Positions 17,947 through 28,231 of a DNA stretch of 40,919 nucleotides are shown one piece after another. This DNA comes from Thermodesulfobacteriota bacterium. Lineage in GTDB: Bacteria > Desulfobacterota_D > UBA1144. The notes beneath the pieces are model-generated. The model was not told where the DNA came from. It worked only from the letters and a program-made list of their open reading frames with translations, and made no database searches. Position 1 is the stretch's first letter. Each line of letters starts with the position of its first letter. The DNA lies in contig JAQWMJ010000039.1 in assembly GCA_029246845.1 (NCBI GenBank), positions 1 through 40,919 on the forward strand. The letters are read 5' to 3'. The position numbers were made by a program, and so were the translations under genes.

Positions 17947-20142
17947 ATGGATAACCTAGCTTTTGCATTAGAGAATGGATTAACAAAAAAAGAATTTAAC
18001 CTTATAGTTAACAAACTAAAAAGAGAACCAAATAAAAATGAAATTGGCGTGATAGCTGCTATGTGGTCCGAACACTGTTCTTATAAAAGTTCAAAATTTT
18101 ATTTAAAAAAATTGCCTACAAAAGGTAAGTGTGTAATTCAGGGTCCTGGAGAAAATGCTGGCGTAATAGATATAGGAGACAATCAGTGTCTTGTGTTTAA
18201 GATAGAAAGTCATAATCACCCATCTTTTATTGAACCATACCAAGGAGCAGCAACTGGAGTAGGTGGAATTCTTCGTGACATCTTTACAATGGGTGCAAGA
18301 CCAATCGCCTTAATGAATTCTCTTAGGTTTGGTAACCCTAAAAAGAAAGATACTAAGAGGGTTGTAAATGGTGTAGTAAGTGGAATAGCAGGTTATGGAA
18401 ATTGTATGGGAATTCCTACTGTCGGTGGAGAAGTTTATTTTGACGATTGTTATAACGGGAATCCTTTAGTTAACGCTTTTGCGATTGGAATAGCCAAAAA
18501 AGATAAGATTTTTAAAGGTTTAGCTGATGGACCTGGTAATCCTGTCTTCTATCTAGGGGCTAAAACTGGAAAAGATGGTGTAAAAGGGGCGATTATGGCA
18601 TCTGATATATTTGAATCCCAAGAAGATCTTGACCGTCCAACAGTACAAATTGGTGACCCTTTTAAAGAAAAATTATTATTAGAAGCTTGCTTGGAAATGT
18701 TTAAACTTAAGGGAATAGTTGGTATTCAAGATATGGGTGCAGCAGGGCTGACATCATCAGCCTCAGAAATGGCATCGAGATCTAATAATGGAATAATTCT
18801 AGACTTAGATAAGATTCCAAAGAGAGATTCAAGTATTACACCCTACGAGATGCTTCTTTCAGAATCTCAGGAAAGGATGCTTCTTGTTTTAGACAATAAG
18901 AATAATAATAAAATTAAAACCATTTTTAAAAAGTGGGGACTTGACTCTAGCAGGATTGGTCAAGTAATAAACAGAAAAAATTTTGTAATCAAAAGTAATA
19001 AAAAAGTTGTAGTAGATATACCAATTTCTATACTAACCGACGATTGTCCCATGTATCAGAGGAAAATAAGAAAACCTAAGAATACAAATGGTATAAGTAA
19101 ATTAGTAAATAATGATATTAATAAAATAAAATTTGATTCAAAGAAGCTTTTGAAGAATCTTCTTAAAGATGAAAATATTTGCTCCAGAGAGTGGGTTTAT
19201 AATCAATTTGATTATATGGTTGGAACTAATACTTTAGTCCGGCCTGGTTCAGACTCAGCAATAATTAGAATCAAGGGTACTAAAAAATCTGTAGCATTGA
19301 CAACAAATTGTAACTCAAACTATTGTGAGCTTAATCCTATGATTGGTGCATCTATAGCGGTTGCTGAATCCACAAGGAACATAGTAGCAAGTGGTGGAAA
19401 GCCTCTAGCTATTACAAATTGTCTAAATTTTGGAAATCCTGAGAAGCCAGAGATTATGTGGCAATTCTCTGAAGCTATAAATGGGCTCTCGAGAGCGTCA
19501 AGAACTTTCAATACTCCTATAGTGAGTGGCAATGTGAGTCTATATAATGAAACTTATAAGAAGGCTATAAAACCTACTCCTACAATAAGCATGGTAGGAA
19601 TAGTGGAAAATCACAATTTGATCACAAAACAGTGGTTTAAAAACGTAGGAGACCAAATAATTCTTGTTGGAAGAATTGGAAACGACTTTGGTGGGTCACA
19701 AGTTCTAAAATATTTAGACTTAAAGAAAAAGATATTATCGCCACCCGAACTTAACTTGGATGCACATTTAAAAATAAATAACTTTTTATATAAGATTATT
19801 AGAAAGTTTAATATAAGTTCAGTTCACGATATATCAGAAGGTGGATTGATGGTTGCACTCTCAGAGTCATGTTTTAACCCTGAACAAAATATAGGAGCAA
19901 AAATTAATTTAAAATCTACTGGATTAAAACATGAACTAGGCTTATTTGCTGAATCTCAAGGTTGTTACCTCGTAAGTTCACCTAAAGATCAAACAAAAAA
20001 GATTAGAACATTTGGTACAAAGAATAATATAAATGTTAAAGTAATTGGTGAAGTTGGTGGAGACTCTTTGATTTTAGAAAACAGTTTTAGTATTAAAATT
20101 AATAGCTTATTTGAAATTTGGAAGAATGGATTCCCTAATTAA
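17947..20142 (+). CDS. purL: Phosphoribosylformylglycinamidine synthase, small PurL subunit
   Basis: [42 protein letters not shown] and SGNVSLYN motifs. At 731 aa it lacks the glutaminase domain. Confidence 0.97.
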   Translation: MDNLAFALENGLTKKEFNLIVNKLKREPNKNEIGVIAAMWSEHCSYKSSKFYLKKLPTKGKCVIQGPGENAGVIDIGDNQCLVFKIESHNHPSFIEPYQGAATGVGGILRDIFTMGARPIALMNSLRFGNPKKKDTKRVVNGVVSGIAGYGNCMGIPTVGGEVYFDDCYNGNPLVNAFAIGIAKKDKIFKGLADGPGNPVFYLGAKTGKDGVKGAIMASDIFESQEDLDRPTVQIGDPFKEKLLLEACLEMFKLKGIVGIQDMGAAGLTSSASEMASRSNNGIILDLDKIPKRDSSITPYEMLLSESQERMLLVLDNKNNNKIKTIFKKWGLDSSRIGQVINRKNFVIKSNKKVVVDIPISILTDDCPMYQRKIRKPKNTNGISKLVNNDINKIKFDSKKLLKNLLKDENICSREWVYNQFDYMVGTNTLVRPGSDSAIIRIKGTKKSVALTTNCNSNYCELNPMIGASIAVAESTRNIVASGGKPLAITNCLNFGNPEKPEIMWQFSEAINGLSRASRTFNTPIVSGNVSLYNETYKKAIKPTPTISMVGIVENHNLITKQWFKNVGDQIILVGRIGNDFGGSQVLKYLDLKKKILSPPELNLDAHLKINNFLYKIIRKFNISSVHDISEGGLMVALSESCFNPEQNIGAKINLKSTGLKHELGLFAESQGCYLVSSPKDQTKKIRTFGTKNNINVKVIGEVGGDSLILENSFSIKINSLFEIWKNGFPN

Positions 20143-21530
20143 TGGATAAACTCAAGGAAGAATGTGGTGTTTTTGGGATCTTCAATGCAGATGAAGCTGC
20201 CTTACTGACGACTCTAGGGCTCCATGCTTTGCAGCACAGAGGGAAAGAAGGTGTAGGAATCGTCACTTTTGATGGTATCAACTTTAACGCTGTAAGAGAG
20301 CAAGGATTAGTTGGTAAAACTTTTAACAAGCCTGAGACAATTGCAAAGCTTCCTGGGAAAAATGCGGTCGGCCATGTTAGATACTCAACAACCGGCGCCT
20401 CTGTTTCCAAGAATATACAACCTCTCTTTGCAGATTTAGCAGCCGGAGGTTTTGCTTGCGCCCATAACGGAAATCTAGTTAATGCAGAAAGAATAAGAAA
20501 AGAACTCATCGGTGATGGTGCAATTTTTCAATCGACTTCTGATACTGAGACGATTTTACAACTAGTAGCCAGGTCAAGGAAGAAACTCATCAAGGATAAA
20601 CTTATTGATTCTCTTCATGAAATAAAAGGAGCCTATTCACTCGTTATACTGACCAATAAGAAACTAATAGGAGTTAGAGATCCTTACGGTATAAGGCCTT
20701 TAGTCTTAGGAGATTTAAATGGTTCTCCAGTCTTAGCATCTGAAACATGTGCTTTTGATATAATTGGTGCTAAATATGTTAGAGACGTAGAAAATGGAGA
20801 AATAGTAATTATTACTAAAAATGGAATTGAAAGCATCAAGCCTTTCCCTAAGCTTAAGGAAAGACCTTGCATCTTCGAAAGAATCTACTTTGCAAGGCCT
20901 GATAGTATTATGGGTGGAAAGACAGTCTATACTTATAGAAAAAATCTTGGGAAACAGCTAGCCATTGAAAATAAAGTTAAAGCTGATGTAGTAGTCCCTG
21001 TTTTAGATTCTGGTGTTTCTGCTGGTTTGGGATTTTCACAGAAGTCAGGGATACCCCTAGAATTAGGAATTATCAGAAGTCACTATGTTGGTAGAACTTT
21101 TATTGAACCCACTCAAAATATAAGACAACTAGGTGTAAAATTGAAGCATAGTGTCAATAGATCCTGTATTGAGAATAAAAGAGTTATTCTTATAGACGAC
21201 TCTATAGTTAGAGGAACCACGGCAAATAAAATAGTAAAAATGATATTTGATGCTGGTGCAAAAGAGGTTCATTTAGGAATCGGTTGTCCTCCTATAACCC
21301 ATCCAGATTTTTATGGTATAGACACTCCAAACTATAAGGAACTGATAGCCTCCAAAAATACACTAAAGCAAATGACAAAAGCAATTGGTGCAACAACTAT
21401 ATTCTTCTTATCTTTAGAGGGAACATATAAGGCAATGGGCTATAAAAAAAGAAATAACAAAACTCCACAATTCACCGATCATTGTTTTACAGGTGAGTAT
21501 CCAGTCAGCTTAGAAGAGAAAAAAATATAA
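20142..21530 (+). CDS. purF: Amidophosphoribosyltransferase
   Basis: Short propeptide followed by EEC, with GHVRYST, AHNGN, YFARPDS and DDSIVRGTT motifs. 1-nt TAATG overlap with purL. Confidence 0.98.
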   Translation: MDKLKEECGVFGIFNADEAALLTTLGLHALQHRGKEGVGIVTFDGINFNAVREQGLVGKTFNKPETIAKLPGKNAVGHVRYSTTGASVSKNIQPLFADLAAGGFACAHNGNLVNAERIRKELIGDGAIFQSTSDTETILQLVARSRKKLIKDKLIDSLHEIKGAYSLVILTNKKLIGVRDPYGIRPLVLGDLNGSPVLASETCAFDIIGAKYVRDVENGEIVIITKNGIESIKPFPKLKERPCIFERIYFARPDSIMGGKTVYTYRKNLGKQLAIENKVKADVVVPVLDSGVSAGLGFSQKSGIPLELGIIRSHYVGRTFIEPTQNIRQLGVKLKHSVNRSCIENKRVILIDDSIVRGTTANKIVKMIFDAGAKEVHLGIGCPPITHPDFYGIDTPNYKELIASKNTLKQMTKAIGATTIFFLSLEGTYKAMGYKKRNNKTPQFTDHCFTGEYPVSLEEKKI

Positions 21531-21533
21531 TTC

Positions 21534-24170
21534 TTATGATAGTTGTGATATTAAACTTTTTATATCATCTATAGATTCTGCAGTATCGTAAGCCTTAGCC
21601 TTTTCTTCCTCGACTACATTTTCTGGAGCGGAATCTAAAAAACCTTTATTGCTTAGTTTGGACTTTGAAAGATTATAAATTCTTTCTAAAGATACAAGAT
21701 CCTTCTTTAATTTATTTATCTGAGTAGAAAAATCTACGTCTGAGCTTTTCAAGAAAGAGACGGTTCCCGATGGTGTTAGGTTTGAGATAAGGTCACTACT
21801 AGTATCATTATCTAGTTCAGTAAATGATACTAAATTACATAAGCTTTCAATTAGTGTTTTATTTTCTAATAAAAATTCGTTCATATTGTTGTTACTATTA
21901 GTATAAAAACAAACAATTTTATCACTTGGTTTGATAAGAAGATTTTTCCTAAGAGATCTAATTCCAATAGTAAAATCTTTAACCAGTTGGACTTCTTTCT
22001 GAAAATCTCCGGTGTATTCGATAGTTGACTTCTCAGGTAAAGAAGTAAATTTTTTATTAATTGAATCTTTATCAAAATTATCTTTTAGCTCTAAGGAGAT
22101 GTAGGGTGCAAATGGATAAAGAATATTTAAGTAACGACAGAATATATCCTTCATATTATTTCTAGTGTTAGTAGTGTTAGAATTTTTACTATTAGTGAAA
22201 GAAATTTTTGCTATTTCAATATACCAGTCACAAAAGTCATCCCAAAAAAAGTGATACAATTCATAGGAAGCTTTTTCTACTTCACAATTTTCAATATGAA
22301 CTTTATATTTATCTAAAAGATTATTAAATCTATAGGATATCCATGCATCATAAAAAGAATCATTTCCTAATTGAGATTGACTGTCCTCTTTGTTAAGATC
22401 GATGAATTTACCAGCATTCCAAATCTTATTCATAAAATTCTTATAAGGTTCGAGTGAGTTTGGAGAAAGTTTAATATCGCTATGTGGAGAAATATTAGAG
22501 GAAAGAAAAAACCTTAAAGCATCTGTCCCATATTCAGCAATTAAATCTAATGGGTCAACTACATTGCCCATCGTTTTACTCATTTTTTGGCCTTTTTTAT
22601 CTCTAATTAAATTATGTATATAAACAACTTTAAATGGTACTTTTCCTGTTAATTCTAAAGACATCATTATCATTCTTGCAACCCAAAAAAAAATTATATC
22701 GAACCCTGTTACCAGAAGAGAAGTAGGGAAATATTTCTTATATTCTGCTGTTTCTTCAGGCCAACCTAGTGTAGAAAAAGGCCACAAAGATGACGAAAAC
22801 CAAGTATCTAAGACATCATTATCTTGAAATAGTTCTTTTTCTTCATTATATTTTTTAAGAAATTTTTGTTTAGCCATAGTTAAATTTTTAGCTGCAACTG
22901 ACTTTCCATCATCTGAATGCCATACAGGTATTCTATGGCCCCAAATTATTTGTCTTGATATACACCAAGGTTGTATTTTATTCATCCATTCGAAAAAAGT
23001 GTTTTCCCAAAATTTAGGTTTAAACTTAACTGTTCCATCTTGGACCACATTCAAGGATTTGTTAGCCATTTCTTTAACATCTAAAAACCATTGATTTTTA
23101 AGCAAAGGCTCAACTACCTCGCCTGACCTGTCACCAATAGGTATAGTATTGTTAACCTTTTCTTCCTTAACAAAAATTCCTATTTCGTTCATGTATTCAA
23201 CAACTTTTTCTCTAGCTTTTAAAACCGATAAATTTCTAAATTGTTCAGGTACATAATCATTTAATGTACCATCATCATTTAGTATATTGATAACAGCTAA
23301 ATCATATTTTTTTGCTATCTCATAGTCATTAAAATCATGTGCAGGTGTTATTTTTACAGCTCCCGATCCTTTTGTCATATCGGCATACTCGTCACCAATA
23401 ATTTTTATAATATTTCCGTTAAAAGGACTTAAAATTTCTTTTCCGACAAAGTTTTTATGAATTTCATCATTAGGATTAACTATTACAGCTACATCCCCAA
23501 AGACTGTCTCTGGTCTTGTAGTAGAGACAGTAATGAATGAAGTTGAATCTTTGACTGGATATTTAAAAGAGAACATACTACTTTTTCTATTCTCCGAAAT
23601 TACTTCTAAATCAGATATTGCAGTCTTAAGTTTTGTATCCCAATTTATTAGAGTTTTTTCTTGATAAATCAAACCTTTATCATACAGCCTAATGAATGCC
23701 TCTTCTACAGAATTAGTCATATCTTCATCTAGAGTAAACTTAGGATCTTCCCAATTACAACTCAACCCTAAAATTTTTAGTTGATTTAATATGTCCTCAC
23801 CATTCTCAGCTTTCCATTTCCAAATATGTTGGAGCAAATCTTCTCTACTAATTTCTTTAGGATTAACACCTTTTTTTATTAAGCTTTTCTCAACTAGTAG
23901 CTGGGTTGCTATTCCAGCATGATCTGTTCCTAGAGACCAAGAGGTCTCAGCTCCATTTAAGGAATAAAATTTCATAAGAATATCCTGGATTGTGGTGTTT
24001 AAGGCATGGCCAAGATGTAAGTTGCCAGTAACATTTGGTGGTGGTATAGCTATAGAATAGCAAGCTTCATCGTTAGCAAGTGAGTCGTTGGCTATTACTT
24101 GGTTGGCCCATTTGTCTTCTATTGTTTTTGGAGTGTACTTTTGAGATAAAAAATCGCTACTGTCAGTCAT
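21534..24170 (-). CDS. valS: Valine--tRNA ligase
   Basis: PPPNVTGNLHLGHA, DHAGIATQ, TTRPET, WCISRQ, DVLDTWFSS and KMSKT motifs, with a C-terminal coiled coil. Confidence 0.98.
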   Translation of the reverse strand: MTDSSDFLSQKYTPKTIEDKWANQVIANDSLANDEACYSIAIPPPNVTGNLHLGHALNTTIQDILMKFYSLNGAETSWSLGTDHAGIATQLLVEKSLIKKGVNPKEISREDLLQHIWKWKAENGEDILNQLKILGLSCNWEDPKFTLDEDMTNSVEEAFIRLYDKGLIYQEKTLINWDTKLKTAISDLEVISENRKSSMFSFKYPVKDSTSFITVSTTRPETVFGDVAVIVNPNDEIHKNFVGKEILSPFNGNIIKIIGDEYADMTKGSGAVKITPAHDFNDYEIAKKYDLAVINILNDDGTLNDYVPEQFRNLSVLKAREKVVEYMNEIGIFVKEEKVNNTIPIGDRSGEVVEPLLKNQWFLDVKEMANKSLNVVQDGTVKFKPKFWENTFFEWMNKIQPWCISRQIIWGHRIPVWHSDDGKSVAAKNLTMAKQKFLKKYNEEKELFQDNDVLDTWFSSSLWPFSTLGWPEETAEYKKYFPTSLLVTGFDIIFFWVARMIMMSLELTGKVPFKVVYIHNLIRDKKGQKMSKTMGNVVDPLDLIAEYGTDALRFFLSSNISPHSDIKLSPNSLEPYKNFMNKIWNAGKFIDLNKEDSQSQLGNDSFYDAWISYRFNNLLDKYKVHIENCEVEKASYELYHFFWDDFCDWYIEIAKISFTNSKNSNTTNTRNNMKDIFCRYLNILYPFAPYISLELKDNFDKDSINKKFTSLPEKSTIEYTGDFQKEVQLVKDFTIGIRSLRKNLLIKPSDKIVCFYTNSNNNMNEFLLENKTLIESLCNLVSFTELDNDTSSDLISNLTPSGTVSFLKSSDVDFSTQINKLKKDLVSLERIYNLSKSKLSNKGFLDSAPENVVEEEKAKAYDTAESIDDIKSLISQLS

Positions 24171-24172
24171 TT

Positions 24173-27100
24173 CTATGTTGTAGTAGGCGGAGTTTCTATC
24201 TCAGGAGCGTTAACTTCAACATCAGTATTTGAATAAATAGGAAGTCCCGTACCTGCTGGAATTAATCGACCCATAATAACATTCTCTTTCAAACCTTTTA
24301 AATGGTCAACTCTACCTTCACACGACGCGTCTGTTAACACTTTAGTTGTCTCTTGGAAAGATGCTGCTGATAGCCAACTTTTAGTACTTAAAGAAGCTCT
24401 AGTAATACCTAAAAGAAGTGGTTCGGCTTGTGCAGGATTTCCATTTTCAGCAATAATTTTTTCATTTGTTAATATGAACTCGTTTTTATCAATAGCTTCA
24501 CCTACCAGCAAGGTAGTATCTCCACTATCAACGATTCTAACTCGCTTAAGCATCTGTCTGGTTATTACTTCTATGTGTTTGTCGTTAATCCTAACACCTT
24601 GCAATCTGTAAACATCTTGAATCTCGTCAACTATATATCTCGCTAATTCAATTTCACCTTTAATTTTAAGGATATCGTGTGGATCAGGAGCCCCATCAAC
24701 AATTTGATCTCCTGAAGTAATTCTTTCACCTTCTCTAACAAGTATGTGTTTAGCCTTAGGAACCATATACTCTTTTGGATCTCCTATATCTGGAGTAACA
24801 ATAATTCTCTTTTTAGATTTAATATCTTTACCAAAGGAAACAACACCTTCTATTTCAGATATAACTGCTGGATCTTTTGGAGGTCTTGCTTCAAATAATT
24901 CAGCAACTCTAGGTAGACCACCTGTAATATCTTTTGTTTGGGTCTTCTGGTTAGCTAATGTTGCAATGAAATCACCGGGTGAAGTCTTTTCACCATCATC
25001 TTTCCTGATTTCAGAACCCTTAGGTAAAGAGTATTCAAATCTAGTACCATTCTTGCCGACTAAAATTAATGAAGGATTTAATTTCTGATCCTTATATTGA
25101 ATAACTTCTCTAACAGAAAGCCCAGTAAATTGGTCAACTGTTTCTTTAAACGACATATTAGGTTCCAAATCTTTATACTCAATATGGCCTTCTTCTTCTG
25201 CAATAAATGGATATATAGTAGGATCCCATTCAGCTAGAAGGTCGCCTGCTTTAACTTTATCACCATCATTTGCATATATCTTTGCTCCAATAGTAATTGG
25301 ATATCTTTCAAGCTCTAAAGATGTATTCGAATCTTCAATAACAATCTCAGCTGACTTACTTGTGCAAATGTTTATTTTTTTATTAGATATAAAATTCATA
25401 TCTACATATCTAATTTTTCCAGCGTTTTTTGTTTCATGTCTGGACTGGTCAACTTTAGCTACTCCGCCAATATGAAAAGTTCTCATTGTAAGCTGTGTTC
25501 CAGGTTCGCCTATTGATTGTGCGGCAATTATGCCAACTGCTTCACCTGTGTTTACAATCTGACCACTTGCAAGATTCCTTCCATAACATAGAGAGCAACA
25601 ACCACTTTTTGTAGTACAAGTCAAAACTGATCTGATGCTAACTCTTAGAGAGCCAGGAACATCATCAATTTTTTTAGCAATTGCCTCATCAACTTCTTGA
25701 TTTCTTGAGGCAATTAGTTCACCGTTTAATGGGTCAACAACATCATCAGCTAAAATCCTTCCAAGAGTTCTTTCACCAACACTAGCTACTATTTCCCCAC
25801 CTTCAACTAATTGTGAAACTTCTAATCCTTCCGTGGTGCCACAATCAAATTCATTAACCATCATTTCTTGAGCAACATCAACTAACCTTCTGGTTAAATA
25901 ACCGGCATTAGCAGTTTTAAGAGCCGTATCAGCTAGCCCCTTTCTTGCTCCGTGAGTAGAAATGAAATATTGAAGAACTGATAATCCTTCTCTGAAATTT
26001 GAAGTTATCGGTGTTTCAATAATATCACCAGATGGCTTAGCCATTAACCCTCTCATTCCAGCCAACTGTCGGACTTGAGATTGACTTCCTCTGGCACCAG
26101 ATTCTACCATCATAAAAATAGGGTTGTTACTTGGCTGCTTTGATCCGTCAGAAAGTTCCTTGGATTTTGATATTTTACTCATTAAAATATCACCAATTGA
26201 ATCCCCCGTCCTTGCCCAAACATCAATGACTTTATTGTACCTTTCACCATCTGTAATAAGTCCTTGAAGGTATTGATCTTGAATATTTTGAACATTTATA
26301 TTTGCTTCATTTATTAAAAAATCTTTTTCTTTTGGAATTGTCATATCTGCTATAGAAACAGAGATTCCAGAAGTTGTAGAATGCTTAAAGCCTAAAGTCC
26401 TAAGCCTATCTGCTAATAAAACAGTGCTTTTTCCTCCAGAAACTCTAAATGTTGTATCAATTAAATCTTCAATTGCTTTTTTTGTCATTAATCTATTAAC
26501 TAAATGGAAAGGTACTTCTTTGGGCATAACTTCAAAAATAAGCGCTCTACCTACAGTAGTATCTTCAACTACACCATTAATTTTAATTTTAATTTTTGTA
26601 TGAATTCCAATTTCATTGAGGTCAAATACACATCTCAACTCTTCGATGGAACTGAAAGCTTTACCTTGTCCTGGTAGTCCAGGAACTTCTCTACTCATAT
26701 AATAAATACCTAAGACTATGTCTTGTGAAGGCAAGATAATTGGTTTTCCATGAGCTGGTGACAGTATGTTGTTAGTAGACATAATAAGAGTCCTACACTC
26801 AGTCTGAGCTTCAACTGAAAGTGGGACGTGAACAGCCATTTGGTCACCATCAAAATCAGCATTAAACGCAGGGCACACTAAGGGATGAAGTTGAATGGCT
26901 TTATCTTCAACTAAAACTGGCTCAAAAGCTTGAATGCTCAACCTATGAAGAGTTGGAGCTCTATTTAGCATTACTGGATGTTCTTTAATAACATCGTCTA
27001 AAGCATCCCAGACTATTGGTGCTTGTTGTTCAACAAGATTTTTTGCAATCTTAATGGTTGCGGCATGATTCCATAGTTCTAATTTTTGATAGATAAAAGG

Positions 27101-28231
27101 TCTAAAAAGCTCCAATGCCATTTTTTTAGGAAGCCCACATTGATGAAGTTTCAGCTGCGGTCCTACCACAATTACGGACCTTCCAGAATAATCTACTCTT
27201 TTACCCAATAAATTCTGACGGAATCTACCTTGTTTTCCTTTTATTATATCACTCAAACTTTTGAGAGGTCTATGGTTATGACCTAAAACTGGTCTTCCTC
27301 TTCTACCATTCTCGAATAAAGCATCCACAGATTCTTGCAACATCCTCTTTTCGTTTCTAACAATAATATCAGGAGCACCTAATTCCATAAGTTTCTTAAG
27401 TCTATTATTTCTATTTATTACTCTTCTATATAAATCATTTAAGTCTGAAGTAGCAAACCTACCTCCGTCTAATGGAACCAAGGGTCTTAGATCAGGGGGT
27501 AATACAGGTAATCTTTTTAAAATCATCCACTCAGGTCTATTACCTGAATTTCTAAATGATTCAGCAACTCTTAATCTTTTGGAAATTTTAACTCTCTTTA
27601 GTGGAGATGCTGTTGCTTTTAGTTCTTCTTTAAGAGCTTTTGACAACTCTTCCAGATTTACTTCTTCTAACATTGTCCTGATAGCCTCAGCTCCCATTCC
27701 AACCAACAAGAAGAAATTGTCGTCAATGTACGTTCTATACTGCTCTTCTGTTATCACAGTACCTTTTTTAAGATCTGAATCACCAGGATCAGTTACGACA
27801 TAGGCTTCAAAGTATAAAACCTTTTCTAAGTCTTTTAATGTAATATCAAGAATTGAACCTATTCTACTAGGAACACTTTTGAGAAACCATATGTGAGCAA
27901 CTGGAGAAGAAAGCTCAACATGAGCCATTCTTGACCTTCTAACTTTGCTGGAAATAACTTCGACTCCACATTTCTCACAAGTTATTCCTCTATGTTTGAG
28001 TCTTTTATATTTTCCACATAAACATTCAAAATCTTTTACAGGGCCGAAAATCTTACAGCAAAAAAGACCATATTTCTCAGGTTTGAAAGTTCTATAATTT
28101 ATAGTTTCTGGTTTTTTTATTTCACCATATGACCAATCTTTTATTTGATCGGGAGACGCGATGCTAATTCTTATAGAATCAATATCACCAGGATTCTTCG
28201 GTTTATCAAACAATACGCCCATATCAATCAT
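24173..28231 (-). CDS. rpoC: RNA polymerase beta' subunit
   Basis: Zn-finger CLCGKYK...CEKC, catalytic NADFDGD and [16 protein letters not shown]. Confidence 0.99.
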   Translation of the reverse strand: MIDMGVLFDKPKNPGDIDSIRISIASPDQIKDWSYGEIKKPETINYRTFKPEKYGLFCCKIFGPVKDFECLCGKYKRLKHRGITCEKCGVEVISSKVRRSRMAHVELSSPVAHIWFLKSVPSRIGSILDITLKDLEKVLYFEAYVVTDPGDSDLKKGTVITEEQYRTYIDDNFFLLVGMGAEAIRTMLEEVNLEELSKALKEELKATASPLKRVKISKRLRVAESFRNSGNRPEWMILKRLPVLPPDLRPLVPLDGGRFATSDLNDLYRRVINRNNRLKKLMELGAPDIIVRNEKRMLQESVDALFENGRRGRPVLGHNHRPLKSLSDIIKGKQGRFRQNLLGKRVDYSGRSVIVVGPQLKLHQCGLPKKMALELFRPFIYQKLELWNHAATIKIAKNLVEQQAPIVWDALDDVIKEHPVMLNRAPTLHRLSIQAFEPVLVEDKAIQLHPLVCPAFNADFDGDQMAVHVPLSVEAQTECRTLIMSTNNILSPAHGKPIILPSQDIVLGIYYMSREVPGLPGQGKAFSSIEELRCVFDLNEIGIHTKIKIKINGVVEDTTVGRALIFEVMPKEVPFHLVNRLMTKKAIEDLIDTTFRVSGGKSTVLLADRLRTLGFKHSTTSGISVSIADMTIPKEKDFLINEANINVQNIQDQYLQGLITDGERYNKVIDVWARTGDSIGDILMSKISKSKELSDGSKQPSNNPIFMMVESGARGSQSQVRQLAGMRGLMAKPSGDIIETPITSNFREGLSVLQYFISTHGARKGLADTALKTANAGYLTRRLVDVAQEMMVNEFDCGTTEGLEVSQLVEGGEIVASVGERTLGRILADDVVDPLNGELIASRNQEVDEAIAKKIDDVPGSLRVSIRSVLTCTTKSGCCSLCYGRNLASGQIVNTGEAVGIIAAQSIGEPGTQLTMRTFHIGGVAKVDQSRHETKNAGKIRYVDMNFISNKKINICTSKSAEIVIEDSNTSLELERYPITIGAKIYANDGDKVKAGDLLAEWDPTIYPFIAEEEGHIEYKDLEPNMSFKETVDQFTGLSVREVIQYKDQKLNPSLILVGKNGTRFEYSLPKGSEIRKDDGEKTSPGDFIATLANQKTQTKDITGGLPRVAELFEARPPKDPAVISEIEGVVSFGKDIKSKKRIIVTPDIGDPKEYMVPKAKHILVREGERITSGDQIVDGAPDPHDILKIKGEIELARYIVDEIQDVYRLQGVRINDKHIEVITRQMLKRVRIVDSGDTTLLVGEAIDKNEFILTNEKIIAENGNPAQAEPLLLGITRASLSTKSWLSAASFQETTKVLTDASCEGRVDHLKGLKENVIMGRLIPAGTGLPIYSNTDVEVNAPEIETPPTTT

